Of a stretch of 64,000 bases of DNA, positions 23,621 through 36,186 are shown piece after piece. The DNA is from Neodothiora populina (taxonomy: Eukaryota), in contig NW_027191417.1 of assembly GCF_041146345.1 (NCBI RefSeq), forward strand, positions 1,674,001 to 1,738,000, in the 5' to 3' direction. The position numbers and the translations under genes are program-made. How positions within the stretch are numbered: the first letter of the stretch is position 1; the number at the start of each line of letters is the position of its first letter. The notes under the pieces are model-generated. The model was not told where the DNA came from and ran no database searches. It was given only the letters and a program-made list of their open reading frames with translations.

Positions 23621-25559
23621 ATGGCCCAGCTGCCCGACGGGCTGCTACGATGGCTCTGGAATGCACTTCAGAATGTAATTGCACTTTCATTTCTTTGCTT
23701 TTCTCTTCTCGTCCCATCTATAAAAGAGCAGTTGCCGCTACATCAAAAAGCAAGAAGCTAAGAGAAGAATTCGTTTTTTCGTACTCGTGCAGGAATACCG
23801 CAATGCGCAAGCCACCTACTCAGACGCCGTGTCCGCCCTCTCTGCGTTTCCCTCGCTGCAGCCACGGACGGACGTCTACACTTACAACAACGGCCAGCCG
23901 GCTCTGCTGCTGTGTCTCTCCGGCACCTTGCCCGTGAGCTTTCGCGGCACCGTGTACAGGTTCCCGATCAAGATCTGGGTGCCGCAGGGTCACCCGCAGG
24001 ATGTCGAGGGCATCTTGGTGTTTGTCGTGCCGGGCGAGAATATGATGATCAGGCCCGGTCAGCACGTCAGTGTCGATGGCAGAGTCTATCATCCTTATCT
24101 CAGGGATTGGAGCGTCAGGCCTCAGAGATCTAGTATCGTCGAGTTTTTGAGGGTGTTGCAGGACGTGTTTGCCAGGGAGCCGCCGGTCGTCGCCAGACCG
24201 CTGCAACAGCAACAACAATTGCAACAGCAGCAGCAGCGACAATTACTCTCGTCTCCGACCCAGAGACCGCCGCCGCCTCCGAAAGAGAGGTCAGGGAGTG
24301 TGGCTCACCCTGCACCGGTAGAGATGCCCGTTCCTCCCAATCCGCCGCCCAAGCCACCCAAGCCTGGACAACAAGTAAGAGCAGGAACGCCGTTGCGGCA
24401 GACGGACGGGAATGGTCCACCTCTACCACCCCTTCCACACGAAAGGAACACACAGGGATATCATTCACCACAGTTGCATCATCAGCAGCAGCACCAACAG
24501 TATCAGTCTACTCCTATACCTTCCCCTGGTCCTGGCGTTGGGATGGATGGCCCTCCTCTACCGCCTGTACCTCCCCAGGCTCAGCCGAGGGACATGTATG
24601 CTTATGCCAGGGACAGTCCCGTGTCTCCGTTGACGCCATCAAGTGGAGCGGACAAGATGCAGCAATACGCACAACATGGTCAACAGCAGCCGCCGCCGCC
24701 CCTTTTCCCTAACCAGCAGCAATTGCAGCAACAACAACTCCCCTATCAGCAGCCGCAACAGCAACACTATCAGCAGCAGCAGCAGCAAGCGCAGTATCAG
24801 CATCAGCCACCCCAGCAGTACCCATCCCAGCAATACCCTCCGCAGCCTCCTTTGTCTCAGCTACCTCGACAACAGATATACCAGCAACCTAACCCCATCA
24901 CGCAGCCGGCCAGACCACCTCCAGACCTGTTGACAGATCCATTCGAGGTCACTCTGCCGACCCAACCCGCACAGACGGGACCACCCCCACCAATCCCGCC
25001 GAATCCAGAAAAGGAACATCTTCTCCAGCTGCTGTCGCAGTCTCTCGTCAGTCAAGCGCAGGCGCAGATGCAACAAAATGCCACTGCCGTGCCCGCCCTC
25101 CGAGCCCAGGGAGTAGCGATGCAAGAAGCCAGCCACCGTCTGCAATCGGAACAAGCACAGCTGGAACATCTCGACCGCACGCTGAGCTCCAACGAAGCCA
25201 TTCTGCGCGCGTCGATGGAGCAGTGTGACGTGTTGATGGCAGACGGCGCCAAGATGGCAGAGCCAGACATTGACCATGTCCTCGTTGCGCCGACTCTGGT
25301 TCACAACCAGCTCTGGGACCTCGAGGCCGACACGGCCGCCTTGAGGGAGTTGCTGTGGGTTCTGCAGAGGGCTGTCGGCGCCGGCAGGGTCGGCGCGGCT
25401 GATTTCACCAGGCTGACTCGAGGTCTCGCTCGAGAGCTGTTTTTGAAGATGGCACTCAGCAGGAAGATTGCACGAGGATCAGGGCTGGACTTGGGGAGCG
25501 TCGGTGTTGTGGGAAGTAGTGCTGCAGATGCAGGAGGAGACGAAGGGTTCTACAGTTGA
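23621..25559 (+). CDS. VPS23: ESCRT-I subunit Vps23/Tsg101 (UEV domain, Pro/Gln-rich linker, coiled coil, steadiness box)
   Basis: Exon 23621-23674 (MAQLPDGLLRWLWNALQN), intron 23675-23792, exon 23793-25559. The UEV reads LLCLSGTLPVSFRGTVYRFPIKIW...VDGRVYHPYL. The C-terminal SB-like segment reads LVHNQLWDL...RGLARELF. Confidence 0.93.
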
Positions 25560-25809
25560 TCGTTCGTCTCGCGTATCTTTGATGCCCAGTCCCATCTTTC
25601 TTCTTGTCTCCCTACTACTGATATGATGACCACGACAGTCGTAAAGACCACCTACACCTTTTTTTCTGATATTCTGATATTCTGCTATTCACTTCTTTAT
25701 GTCTCTTATGTCCGAGCTTCACCTCCGCAAGTGAGACGATCAAGTCTTTCTTGGCGGGCTTTTCCGATGCTACAATGAGCCAATGATCTCTAGAAATACA
25801 CAACACCAC

Positions 25810-25835
25810 CAACAACAACAACAACAACAACAACA
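25810..25835. repeat. (CAA)n microsatellite
   Basis: About 8 CAA units between VPS23 and FMC1. Confidence 0.9.
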
Positions 25836-26035
25836 CGACGAATCGGGCTGCCAAGTCGCTGGATATCTCTCTCTACTCTCAATCTACATTGGATTCGGAC
25901 TACAATAGCCAAAGACAGTTGAAGACGACTCTATACCACCGACCTTGACCTTCTTACCCGCCGCTTTAGAAGAAAACAACCACCCCAAAACACAAACCCG
26001 CGCCCAACCAACCAACAGCACAAAACCCACAGAAT

Positions 26036-26524
26036 ATGGCAACAGCAGCAGCAGCGCAATCGCACCTGCGCTCGCTCTACCGCCGCCTGCTCCGCGAACT
26101 CCCCTCGCACCACCGCGTCTCACTCACTCCCTCAAACAAAAGAACCGGGCCCGCCTCGTTACTGTCGCACCCCTCGCCACTCCAAACCCACATCCGCACG
26201 ACTCTGCTTTCCCCGCCCTCAACCTCATCCCCAGCGAGCGCAGCAGACCAGCGCACCACGCCGACCTCCCCCCTGACGACCGCCACCCTCTCCGACCCCT
26301 TGTCTCCAAGCAGTAAATTCAACGCCGAGAGCGGGATCCACGCCAAGACGCAGGCGCAGCGACTGCACGAGGCAGAGCAGTTCGTGAGCTATGTCCAGGC
26401 GCAGAGAGAGTATTTGAGTTTGCTGGAGCGGTATAATCCTGGCGCGAACATGGATGAGGAGGAGAGGGTTAGGCTTTCTGCGAGGCGCGTGGGCATGGAG
26501 TTGCCTGTTGAGGTTGATAAATAG
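26036..26524 (+). CDS. FMC1: Mitochondrial ATP synthase assembly factor Fmc1 (LYR-motif protein)
   Basis: N-terminal LRSLYRRLLRELP (LYR motif) and C-terminal YVQAQREYLSLLERYNPG...EERVRLSARRVGMELP, typical of Fmc1. Confidence 0.88.
   Translation: MATAAAAQSHLRSLYRRLLRELPSHHRVSLTPSNKRTGPASLLSHPSPLQTHIRTTLLSPPSTSSPASAADQRTTPTSPLTTATLSDPLSPSSKFNAESGIHAKTQAQRLHEAEQFVSYVQAQREYLSLLERYNPGANMDEEERVRLSARRVGMELPVEVDK

Positions 26525-26527
<3 letters not shown>

Positions 26528-26579
<52 letters not shown>
26528..26579. repeat. (GA)n dinucleotide microsatellite in the FMC1 3' UTR
   Basis: About 26 GA units starting 4 nt after the FMC1 stop. Confidence 0.97.
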
Positions 26580-26582
<3 letters not shown>

Positions 26583-27224
26583 TCAGAGACGGAATGTCCG
26601 ATCGACTAACCGAAGACGTGGATGAACCATCACTTTGGGTCTTGGTATATACCATTGTCTTCATCATCTTCATTGTTGTTACCCGAACCCTACAAAGAAA
26701 GAGAGGTCGAAGTACAGGTGTTGGTGATTAGCATGTATACATACATTTCCCATATTATTTATACGTGATAAAAATAAAAACAACCGAGTAAATCTATGTA
26801 TTCCAAATCCTCCAACGACCACAGCAACAACCGAGAGAATCAGAGATGGTAGCAGACTGGACAGGGGCAGAGGGGTGTATTATTCATCCTTCTCTCTCTC
26901 TTTCTTTCCTTTGAACAGATTACAGCAACAACAGCAGCAGAAACTAAGAAGAAAAAAGACTCGCTCGCTCGCTTGCATTGGAAAGACTGATAGAAATCAG
27001 AGAAGAAATGGAGAGGGTTTCGCCTGTGAGATGAGTTGTAAAACAACACCCGAGAAAAAGAAATAAAGAGGAAAATCCACAAATTCGGATGGATGAATCA
27101 AATCAATCGATCGTTGCGACAATAGGTCTTCGATCAATCTTTCGAGTGTGTACTTTTCCTCTTTTCCCTCCTTTCATCCATTTGTTTTCGAACAAGAACA
27201 CGAACAACATCCACCAACACCACC

Positions 27225-27261
<37 letters not shown>
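27225..27261. repeat. (CAA)n microsatellite
   Basis: About 12 CAA units downstream of the 27364-31821 minus-strand gene. Confidence 0.93.
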
Positions 27262-27363
27262 GCCCGGCAGCATATTTATCGTCGTTTACCAGAACGTCGG
27301 CGAAACCTAAGATCAGACATCGACGACGTCTTCGATCCATTGCAGCACTGTAGCCACGCACTC

Positions 27364-30300
27364 CTATATCCGTCCGCCCTCGACAATCTCCCTGTGAATC
27401 AACTCAGGAAACCCCTGCTGGCTGGTCCTCCTCCGCTCAATCACCCATCTCTTCGTGCCCGTCGTCGCATCCTTTTCCTGCACGTACGTCACCGTGTCGG
27501 CTGCCGCGCTGCTTGCTCTCTTGTGTCCATGGCCTTGTCCGCTCGTCACGCTACGCGGAGACGCAAGTGGAGAGTAACACGCCTGCTCGTGGTCTTGCTG
27601 CTGCTCGGGTCGATGCATCTGCTGCTCGTTGGCTGACCTCGGAGCCAACACCGAGTACGGAGGAGGATCCCCAGAATAACCATCTGGTCTCAACGGCGAC
27701 CCCTGAGAAGCCTTGGACATGCTGGCATACGCAGGCGTGGAGATAGCAGCCGGCGGAGCTTTGCGTGCTGTTGTTGGTGTCTGAGGCTGTGCGGGCGGTC
27801 CTAAACCTGCCGGCGACGAAGACGGAGAAAACGGTGCCTTTTCTTGCTGCTTTCTCGGCGTCACACTGTTGTCGTGCTCCTCGTTGACAACACTCAAGAA
27901 ACTACCGCCGTTCGTGGGGGGCGGAGGCGCATCGTGGCCGTCGAAAAAGGAAAATGCCTGTGCTTGTGTGACCTGCGGTGATGTCGATGCGGCAGTGGCA
28001 GGCGCAGGTGGTGAGCCAGGGCCACCAGGACTCGACGAAGACAAGGAAGAATTACTGTCTGTGCTGCGTTGCCATGCCATAGGTACACCGCTGACCAAGG
28101 GCATGCCACTGCGAGGTGGTGGCATATAGTAATTGGCTCCAGCTGACAAGTTTGGCGCTGCGTTCTGAAAAGCGGGACTGTATGGGCGACCTGCAAACTC
28201 GGCGACAGGAGAAGACAAAGCTGGTCCAAAGTCACTGTTAAGACTGCCCACGCTCCCAGCATAGGCATTGGCATGTAGTCCCTTTCGAATCTCCGCCAGC
28301 GTCAAGTTGTCTGTGTCCGGCACGCGACTTCGTGAGTGAGGACTCATGCCGCGCTGTTGGGCGAGGCTCATGGTAGCCGAAAGAGCAGGACTCGGCATAC
28401 CCTGTGCGCTGCCAGCGTAGGATGTCGGCGACCAAGGTCCGCCCATGATGCTGCCCCCTGCAATATAGCTATTGCGTGTGCTGAATTCGCTCCGCTCGGT
28501 GATCGGAGTCAGATTGGGTTCCCTGAGACTCTTCTGTCGCTGAATGTCAATCCCTGGTTGGCCAAAGTAGCCGCCGTGAACGTCGCTCTCGCCTTCTGCA
28601 CCGCCGGGACGAGGCTTTGCATAAAAGCCAAACTCTTGACTGTACATGCCGCTATCATCAGCAGACAGCGCCTCGGCGTTCGCCGCAGCGATGAGATCTG
28701 CATCGTCAAAGTCATCGTAGTCGTCGCCAGGCTGGAACTGGTAGTCATACGCATCGGTGGGTACCTCAGATGACAACATTGTGTCGTAAAAGGTGGAGTT
28801 GCGCATGTTGTTGTTCTGGTTCTGGAAACCGAAATCGAAGTTGACCCGTGCAGGTTCTCTCTCATCTGTCTGGAAGGTCGAGGCCGATGACAAACGATCG
28901 TGATCGTAGTTGCTCGAATTGTTCTCTGACCTCTCAGCAACCTCTGATGGTTCATCGTCGGTGAGAGATTGTCTGGAGGCTGATGTTGCTGTACTCGGGT
29001 GTCGAATAAAGCGACCCGCAGCAGCAGCCTTTTGCGCTGCCTCTGCCAGAGCACTGTGATATGCCGACAAGCTGTCTTGTGGACTTGGTCCCCGACCGTC
29101 TTGACCATAAGTGCTTTGTCTACCACCAGGCAGAGCGGAGGCAGCTCGCTCGTCTCTTTGCGGTGACGGCTCGGAACAGGGCGAGTCTGAAGTAAAGTGC
29201 CCGAGACGCGGGTCGCGGGGATTATGCATTAGAAAATCGTAACCGTTAATGTTATAAGTACTCGAGGTTGCATCGAGTTTGTGAGGTGGTGGAATGGTAA
29301 TCTCGGGAGTTTCTTCAGGTGGTGGTCGCTTCAAAAATGTATCGTCATCAAATCTATCCTCGTCAAAGACGTTGCCGTCTCGATCATGTGGCCCTTCGCG
29401 GACGTCTTCAAGGTCATCAATCATGCCATCGTCAAAGTAGAAAGAGTTGGGAGACATGGGGCTGGCAGGTTTCGCGGGAATATCGGGAGAGGCAAGCTGA
29501 AAGGGAGGCGACCTTGCTGTGTGCACGGCCAGTTGTTGCTCGGACAAGCGGTTGGAATCTTTCGGTGTAGCTGGAGAAGTGAGTTGCTGCGATGCTCGTG
29601 GTGAATTGTTTGACAGGGAAGAGCCTGGCTCGGAAAAGTGCAGGCCTGACAGATCGACAGCGAGACCCGATGCAGGATCAGGCCGATTGTGAGTAGTCTG
29701 GAAAACATTATTTCCACCAAGCACTTCGGGCTCGTTGAAATCCTCCATTTCATCGTGGTCATACATGGCATCCTCGTCGAAGAAGTCGTCTTCATCCTCG
29801 TCAGAGTCTACGTCGACGACAGCAGGAAATGTCTGCTGGGTCGAATGACGCTGTTTGTGTTTGTCTTCGAGCAGTTTTTCCTCAGCCAGAGAATCCATAC
29901 TCGCAATCTGGAAACTGAAGCGAGAGGCGCTGCTGGGTAGATGGCGAAGGTGACCAGACTTACGACTCTCGCGGTCTGCAATCTCACCACTCCGCAGGTC
30001 CGGTGATTCGCGCTGTGGGGGCGAAGACGACGAGCGTCGAGATGATGTCGAGCCTGCTTGCTGTTCGTGGTTGCGAGTCTCACCACTATCGGGCCTCGAG
30101 CTAGTTGTTGGCAGCGTCTCTGGGGAGGTGCGACTTTGTGCCGAAGTTCTAGCAGTGGTAGATTGAGAAGCATCGAAGGGATTGGTGTCGGATCCATCGG
30201 AAGACACAGAGACGGGGTTGCTGAAACGATTGTTAGACTGCAAGATAGGACCAATCTGCTTGTCGTCCAGCTGCTGGCTCTTCCTGCCGAATGGCGGCGG

Positions 30301-31821
30301 TCCTACAGGGGTTTCTGCCTGGTTGTTCTGCCATGAGTTGCGTGCCAAGAAGGCATTGCTCGCCAGTAGCTCCGCGTGTACTGCGGAAGGACCCCGCTCA
30401 TCCGAAGGCGACTCGAAGTTCTCAACAAAGACAGGGGTGTGTTGAGCCGACTTGGCCCTCTGGTGAGTGTATTGGTCAAACGCAGCCGAGAAATGGCTGG
30501 GAGGCGATTGCTGGATGGGATCAAGGGAGGTGGAATGATCGTCCTTGCTGGAGTCAAGTTGTGGCGAAGCACCACCAACAGCATCATTGTATGACAGATT
30601 ACGTCGCGGCCCTCGGGGAGCGCTGAAGTCGTGGACCCCCTTGCCTTTGATCCTAGGGTCGTAATCGTCGGGCAGGTCCATGGGAGGCACAACAAGACTC
30701 TTGGCCGGAGCCTTGTCTCCGCTTGGTTCAACCTGCTGACTCGAGCGTCTCCGCATGAGCAGGTTGACAGGATTCAGTAGATTCAGCCCTCTTCTGCTCT
30801 TGGAGGGCGGAGGAGCTTCATGGCGGGAGGTGTTGGGGGCCAGTGTCGTTGTTGTTGTCGTCTTGCTCAAGTGCTGAGGAACGCCGTTGACGGTCGCAGT
30901 GGCAGCAAGAGGCCGCTGTCCAGAACGAGGCTTTTCCCTCGCCGTGGTGGAATTGTAGGGCACACCGAGAGTGGTGGAGCTGGCCGACCGCGCCGAGCTG
31001 GGCGAGACCGAGTCCCGCGGGGACTGTGTGTGGAGGAGATTATGATCACTCTTGAAGGAAAGAGAAAAGTCGGGGCTGGTGATGGATCGACGAGTCAATC
31101 TTGGTGGGTCGTTCATTGTGTGATGGTAGCTCTGCTGGCTGTGGCTCTGTGTCTGGTCCAAGGGATAATGTGACCATGTTCCGTCCGAGGCAAGCGACGG
31201 CGATGATTGTGCGGGTGACAGTGACGATGTCCTTGATGCTTGCTGCAGTAGTGATGGCGGTGATAGTGCTGCTGATTGGTCAAACGACAGTCTGTGGCCG
31301 AACATGCTATCGCGACTGTTCTCTTCCGCCGTCGTCGGGAGACGAGCTTGCTCTTGGCCAGACTTGTAGTCGTGTCGTGCATCGGACGAGGTTGATGAGT
31401 CGAGCTGAGAGGCCACACGCGGTATTGGAGGGAGGATGGGGGGAAATTGCGAAACAGAAGAGGTCGACGGCGACTGAGAATGCTGATATTGTTGGCCGCC
31501 GTGGTCGCGGTGATCATGGCGATCATAATGATGATCATTGTCGTCTTGGTCCTCGTAGTCGTGACTGCCAGATTCATGTTGATGACGTTGATATTGATAT
31601 TGATATTGATATTGATATTGATATAGATGGTGATGATTATTGTTATTATTATCACTCATATATCTCTGCTGCTGTTGCTGTTGTTCAACGTTATTGTTCC
31701 CTGTGGCCGACGGATACATTTGCGGAGTGCGCCAGAAGCCCATGATGTGTCGGTCTCTGATTTCAGAGGAAAATGCATTGGAATGGACATTCGGATGCGT
31801 TGAATTCCTCGGTAGAGACAT
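27364..31821 (-). CDS. Large, mostly disordered Ser/Pro-rich hypothetical protein; start at ATG 31821 or 31743
   Basis: Uninterrupted ~1480-codon ORF with conserved-looking islands: NLLNPVNLLMRRRSSQ, LPDDYDPRIKGKGVHDFSAPR, ASRFSFQ, ANAEAL...YSQEFGFYA, REPNLTPITERSEFSTRNS and C-terminal WVIERRRT...REIVEGGRI. Confidence 0.88.
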   Translation of the reverse strand: MSLPRNSTHPNVHSNAFSSEIRDRHIMGFWRTPQMYPSATGNNNVEQQQQQQRYMSDNNNNNHHHLYQYQYQYQYQYQRHQHESGSHDYEDQDDNDHHYDRHDHRDHGGQQYQHSQSPSTSSVSQFPPILPPIPRVASQLDSSTSSDARHDYKSGQEQARLPTTAEENSRDSMFGHRLSFDQSAALSPPSLLQQASRTSSLSPAQSSPSLASDGTWSHYPLDQTQSHSQQSYHHTMNDPPRLTRRSITSPDFSLSFKSDHNLLHTQSPRDSVSPSSARSASSTTLGVPYNSTTAREKPRSGQRPLAATATVNGVPQHLSKTTTTTTLAPNTSRHEAPPPSKSRRGLNLLNPVNLLMRRRSSQQVEPSGDKAPAKSLVVPPMDLPDDYDPRIKGKGVHDFSAPRGPRRNLSYNDAVGGASPQLDSSKDDHSTSLDPIQQSPPSHFSAAFDQYTHQRAKSAQHTPVFVENFESPSDERGPSAVHAELLASNAFLARNSWQNNQAETPVGPPPFGRKSQQLDDKQIGPILQSNNRFSNPVSVSSDGSDTNPFDASQSTTARTSAQSRTSPETLPTTSSRPDSGETRNHEQQAGSTSSRRSSSSPPQRESPDLRSGEIADRESRKSGHLRHLPSSASRFSFQIASMDSLAEEKLLEDKHKQRHSTQQTFPAVVDVDSDEDEDDFFDEDAMYDHDEMEDFNEPEVLGGNNVFQTTHNRPDPASGLAVDLSGLHFSEPGSSLSNNSPRASQQLTSPATPKDSNRLSEQQLAVHTARSPPFQLASPDIPAKPASPMSPNSFYFDDGMIDDLEDVREGPHDRDGNVFDEDRFDDDTFLKRPPPEETPEITIPPPHKLDATSSTYNINGYDFLMHNPRDPRLGHFTSDSPCSEPSPQRDERAASALPGGRQSTYGQDGRGPSPQDSLSAYHSALAEAAQKAAAAGRFIRHPSTATSASRQSLTDDEPSEVAERSENNSSNYDHDRLSSASTFQTDEREPARVNFDFGFQNQNNNMRNSTFYDTMLSSEVPTDAYDYQFQPGDDYDDFDDADLIAAANAEALSADDSGMYSQEFGFYAKPRPGGAEGESDVHGGYFGQPGIDIQRQKSLREPNLTPITERSEFSTRNSYIAGGSIMGGPWSPTSYAGSAQGMPSPALSATMSLAQQRGMSPHSRSRVPDTDNLTLAEIRKGLHANAYAGSVGSLNSDFGPALSSPVAEFAGRPYSPAFQNAAPNLSAGANYYMPPPRSGMPLVSGVPMAWQRSTDSNSSLSSSSPGGPGSPPAPATAASTSPQVTQAQAFSFFDGHDAPPPPTNGGSFLSVVNEEHDNSVTPRKQQEKAPFSPSSSPAGLGPPAQPQTPTTARKAPPAAISTPAYASMSKASQGSPLRPDGYSGDPPPYSVLAPRSANEQQMHRPEQQQDHEQACYSPLASPRSVTSGQGHGHKRASSAAADTVTYVQEKDATTGTKRWVIERRRTSQQGFPELIHREIVEGGRI
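31588..31625. repeat. (GATATT)n hexamer repeat encoding a (YQ)n tract on the minus strand
   Basis: About 6 tandem GATATT units, translated as YQYQYQYQYQYQ. Confidence 0.9.
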
Positions 31822-33694
31822 CACTCTCGCGTGTATCGATCCAAGTCAGACAACCGCCGCTCAAATTAATGGATGCGGCACCGACGGATACAGAAAACCA
31901 AGGCAGGCAGGTCGCGTTTCTTGTTTCTGTTTCGTTGGTTTTGCGCTTCAACAACACTCGCTGGCTGCTGAGCGAGAAAGCGTAGAGTCGAACTCGAGCC
32001 AGGCGAAAATGTAATCTGATGCTACGAGTACAGGGATCCACACCTCACCCTCTGTCCGGATTGGAATATGCTCGACAACACCCTTGGCTGCATGTGAAAC
32101 TCGCAGGCCGCTTTTAGTGAGATATGGGAAGAACGTGTTAGACGAGACCTTTTTCTGCCCCGCCTGGTACAAGCACCTGTAGTTTTATCGGGACCGAGAA
32201 CCTAAATGATGCTTATAAAGTACAATGCTTTGTGCATGAATGCGCCTCTGGACTATTGCGCATTAGCAACCCGATTATACTGCAATGACATGTTGTGACA
32301 GAAAACAATAGAACAGTGGTGGCCGTGCAATAATGTTGACGAATGAATGCAACCAAGGCACTGTAAGGTAAGGTACCTACCTAGCTAGCACGCTCCAGTA
32401 TTGCTTGCTTGCTTGAACAATGCTTGCTCGATTCCCGTAACACTTACTGAACACAAAAATAGTCCTCGTAAGTTGCGAAGCGACTACTGTACAGTACTTG
32501 CAGCCAAAGATGCCTGTGCTTTTGTGCTCACTCCACCTTCCGCGCCCTGCTCTGCCACCACTGCCGGAGCACAAGTCACAGACCCGTCACCTACCGTATC
32601 TTGATCCAGCATTCACGATTCATCATTCTGTGATCGAAACCTTGCTGCAGCTAGCTGTGCGGTAACTTATCAATCAGCCAACTTCCCTGTCCTGTTGATC
32701 CCTGCGAGGCGACAAATGCCTGCTGCAATGGGAGAATGATGAGTGATACTGATGTCTGCCTTCTCCCGCATCCCGATCCAGTGTCACCGCGTCATGTCAC
32801 GTACCCCAACTCTCTCCACCACCATGTGTGCCCTTGGGCTTCCGGCCCTCTTGGCCTAGTGTACAGCGCAGTGTAGTCTGCCCGAATGAGGTGTGCTGGA
32901 AAGAGAAGACTCCCAGCGCCCGACCGTCCCGCCCGCCCTAGCCTTGTGGCTCATTACAAGAGAGCGCCATGTCCAGACACGAGATAGTTGCGTTAGTCTA
33001 CTGTAAGCACTGTAAAGATCAAGTATGCTCTCTACAAACTATAGCGGTGGCCGAGCATGTGCAATTGCTGAGACGGAATTATCGACACACAACTTACAAC
33101 CAATTTACCCGGCCAGAACAGCTCGAATCATCGTTTCTCTAACTGTGCTTTGGCTGATCACCAGGGCACCCACACAAGCATTTAAGTCTTAGCCACTCCC
33201 GTCTCCCATCACTGCCGCAGTACCTTATCTTCTGGATCGCGGTTACACCAACTGCACCCGCACCCACAGCCGTCGCGTCGAACCTTGGGTGGGTTAACGA
33301 AAACGTCCAAAGAGGCCAAAGCTCCAAGTTTCGTCACTGATGAACCCCGCCGATCAATTTGCGGAGCGAACTTCTTCTCAACCATACAAGACAGGCCTAT
33401 TAGTTATCTGGCTGGGCGTTGATCGTCCTGCAAATTTTTACAGTGAACGTACAGCTGAATGTGTCTCTTTTCGGAAGTTAATCCTCGTCGACGTCCTCCA
33501 TCAGTTAGTGTGTATGCGTGGGCTATCTACATACCTTATCTAACCTCCCTCGACATCTTGCCAAGCCACAGCACTGTAGCTTGTCGTGATTGTGCCTATC
33601 GATCGCCGCCCGATCGAGTTCACAAGCACCGCAACCAGGTTCATTCCCAGGCTCGAAGTTTACAAAGACTGTTTTCTTGTCAAGCTCGATAGCT

Positions 33695-35461
33695 ATGGCT
33701 CCAGGTGTTGTGCGTCTCCCTAATGGCTACAATCTGACTGTCACCCCCGTCTTCGGAGGTCTCTATTTCAAATCGTTAGATGCCAATACCCAAGACTGTC
33801 CTTTTCCCCCGGGTTGGACCATCTTCATAAGCACTCAGGATGAACCCCGGGACGAAGACGACCAGTCTGGTGATGACCTTGGAACCATAGATCCATTCTC
33901 TGGTTCCGTGAAGCGCAAGCATCATGTTCATGCTTATCGGAAACCCACGCTGCAAAATGACCATCTTTTCTTTTCTTCCATCTCTAATCCCGCCTCGAGC
34001 GAATCTAAATCGAAACTTTTCCCTGCTTCCTCCCCGACTCGTCAGATAGCGATGATGCTGTGGGCTACCTTGTACTGGTACTTCCACCAGCCTGAGCCAG
34101 ACGCACGTATGATCAACCCTACTTCGAAAGATACGCCCGAGGATGGTCGACCCAGAGGTGAATGGCGGCTCAACATCAGCCGCGAAGGCATTTTCAAGGG
34201 TCGCCAACTCATGCAGAAACTCGAACATATGGGCTTGATCGCTACAGAGGAAACTAGCGTCGGACTGGAAACGGACCCCAACACTCCTGAGGGATGGTCA
34301 AAGATGTTTGTCTCTCGTAGACACTTCTGGCAGTTGGATCCACGCATCTATCTATTCACTCTCTCTCCTCAAGTCAGATCTTCGGCACCTGGAGAACCTC
34401 TTGCTAGCTCCAGCCAGCCTCGTGGGCACAAGTCAGATGCATCTGTAGACAAGACCCCTACGTCCCCGACTGCTGTAAGATCTGGGCTGTGGCAGCCACC
34501 GGGCCAGTTCAAGTCTTCCTCTCACCTCCCGACTTATTATCCTCCTGCGCCGGCTCAGTATATCTTCACTAACAACGTCCGCCACCCGCTTAGACCAAAG
34601 GCCCAACGGCAAGGTGAGACGTTCTACACTCGGTACATTGCATCATTGGACGAGTATTTGTCTTTCCGTGTTGCGAGCAGCTCCTCGCGTCCTATCTTTC
34701 ATGCCGGACCAGTTGCTAAACCGGCGTTACCGTCTGGGGGTCCCGCACTGCCAAATGGGTCGTCGACCGTCAGCAGCCCGAGTTATGCATCTGATTCTCA
34801 CGTACCCACTCTGGGAGCGCTCAGTCATGACTTGACCGATTCTGAGCTCCTGCATAGATGGATGAACGATCCGCGAGTTGCTTACTCGTGGGGCGAGGAA
34901 GGTCCGTTGAGTCACCAAGAAGAGTTTCTTAAGCACAATTTACAGAGCAGGCACTCTTTCCCTGTGATTGGACTGTTTGATGGTCAGCCGTTCGGCTATT
35001 TTGAAATCTATTGGGTCAAGGAGGACAGACTCGGCAGCTATCTTGGTGGTAATGTCAACGACTGGGACAGAGGTGAGCCGCTCAGGACAAGGCCTATACT
35101 GTCCTTCGCTTGCTGACACAAGAATAGGTATACATGTTCTAGTAGGCGAGCAATCTTTCAGAGGACCCCACAGAGTCAAGGTCTGGCTTTCTGCTCTTGT
35201 GCACCTCTGCTTTCTAGCCGATTCCCGCACAGAGTGTGTCATGCTCGAGCCGAGAGTTGATAACGTAAAGTGAGTCATGTTGACAGATCATTTGTTTTGA
35301 TTGCCTATTCGTATTTGAGACCAGTCTGCTAACGGATACACAGACTCAAGAGATATTGCGAAGACGTGGGTTTCTTCAAGGAAAGGGAAATCAGCTTTCC
35401 TCATAAACAAAGCAACCTCATGAAGATCAGGAGGGACGCATGGACAGCACCTGCCATCTAG
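33695..35461 (+). CDS. sidL: N5-hydroxyornithine acyltransferase (AlcB/IucB-like GNAT), SidL type, siderophore biosynthesis
   Basis: Exons 33695-35072, 35128-35269 and 35344-35461. N-terminus [22 protein letters not shown]. The C-terminal GNAT reads [15 protein letters not shown]...[13 protein letters not shown]...[16 protein letters not shown]...EPRVDN...FPHKQS. Confidence 0.88.
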
Positions 35462-36186
35462 ACAATTCAGTATATATAGTATAAAAACTTAGGTACAGAA
35501 CTAAATATCGACCACTGTGAAGCTATTCGTCATGTGAGCTCCCAGATGGATTAGATACTGTTGATCAAGTAAAAGTTGGCCGTGCCCTATGACTATGGAT
35601 AAGGGTAAAGTGTCGAAGATTGCAAACATCTAATCAGGCAAAGCTGAGGCCTTCATATCGGGACCTGCAAAAGTGATCCTTCAATAAGGCCACCCATTTT
35701 CTGCATCCTCAGGCCCCCACATGTGAGGGGTTTCACCGCATACAAGTATATGTCTGCCAAGGGATCGCCAAGCCCCTGCGCGCTGTAGATACTATAATCA
35801 GCAGCCTCAACTTGTAGGCGATGCAGCCAACACTACCTGCGTGCTAATAATGTTGCTATTTTGGCTGTCGAGACATCGTCACATGGATGGATGTAGGCTG
35901 TAAGTCGTGTGGCTTCTGGAGCCACATTCTCTTTCGGGGGGTCATGTAGCTGCAGTTGCCTTATTCCTGGAGTCTGGTAGATCTCTATATCTGCATACTA
36001 TCGATGGAAGGCCTAGGGTGGACATACCATGGGATCATTGTCCAAAGCCACCAGAATGAGGTATAAGACAGGCAATTTTCTTGTGTTTCTACGTAGCTCA
36101 GCATATACTGCGTAAGTCATTGTATACTCTGATTGTTTCCTTTCCCTCAATCTTCCTCCAATTGCGCCTGAAAAAACAAAAAGAAG

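Noticed and set aside
32660..33545. About five HGATAR sites upstream of sidL as SreA iron-repression elements
   Set aside because: The count is near chance expectation for ~1 kb, and no extended ATCWGATAA site is present.
21589..35461. NFS1, an LYR protein and sidL (with GCS1 and fRMsr elsewhere) as an iron/sulfur/redox gene cluster
   Set aside because: The LYR protein looks like Fmc1, not the Nfs1 partner Isd11. The genes are interspersed with unrelated housekeeping genes, and no NRPS or ornithine monooxygenase lies near sidL.
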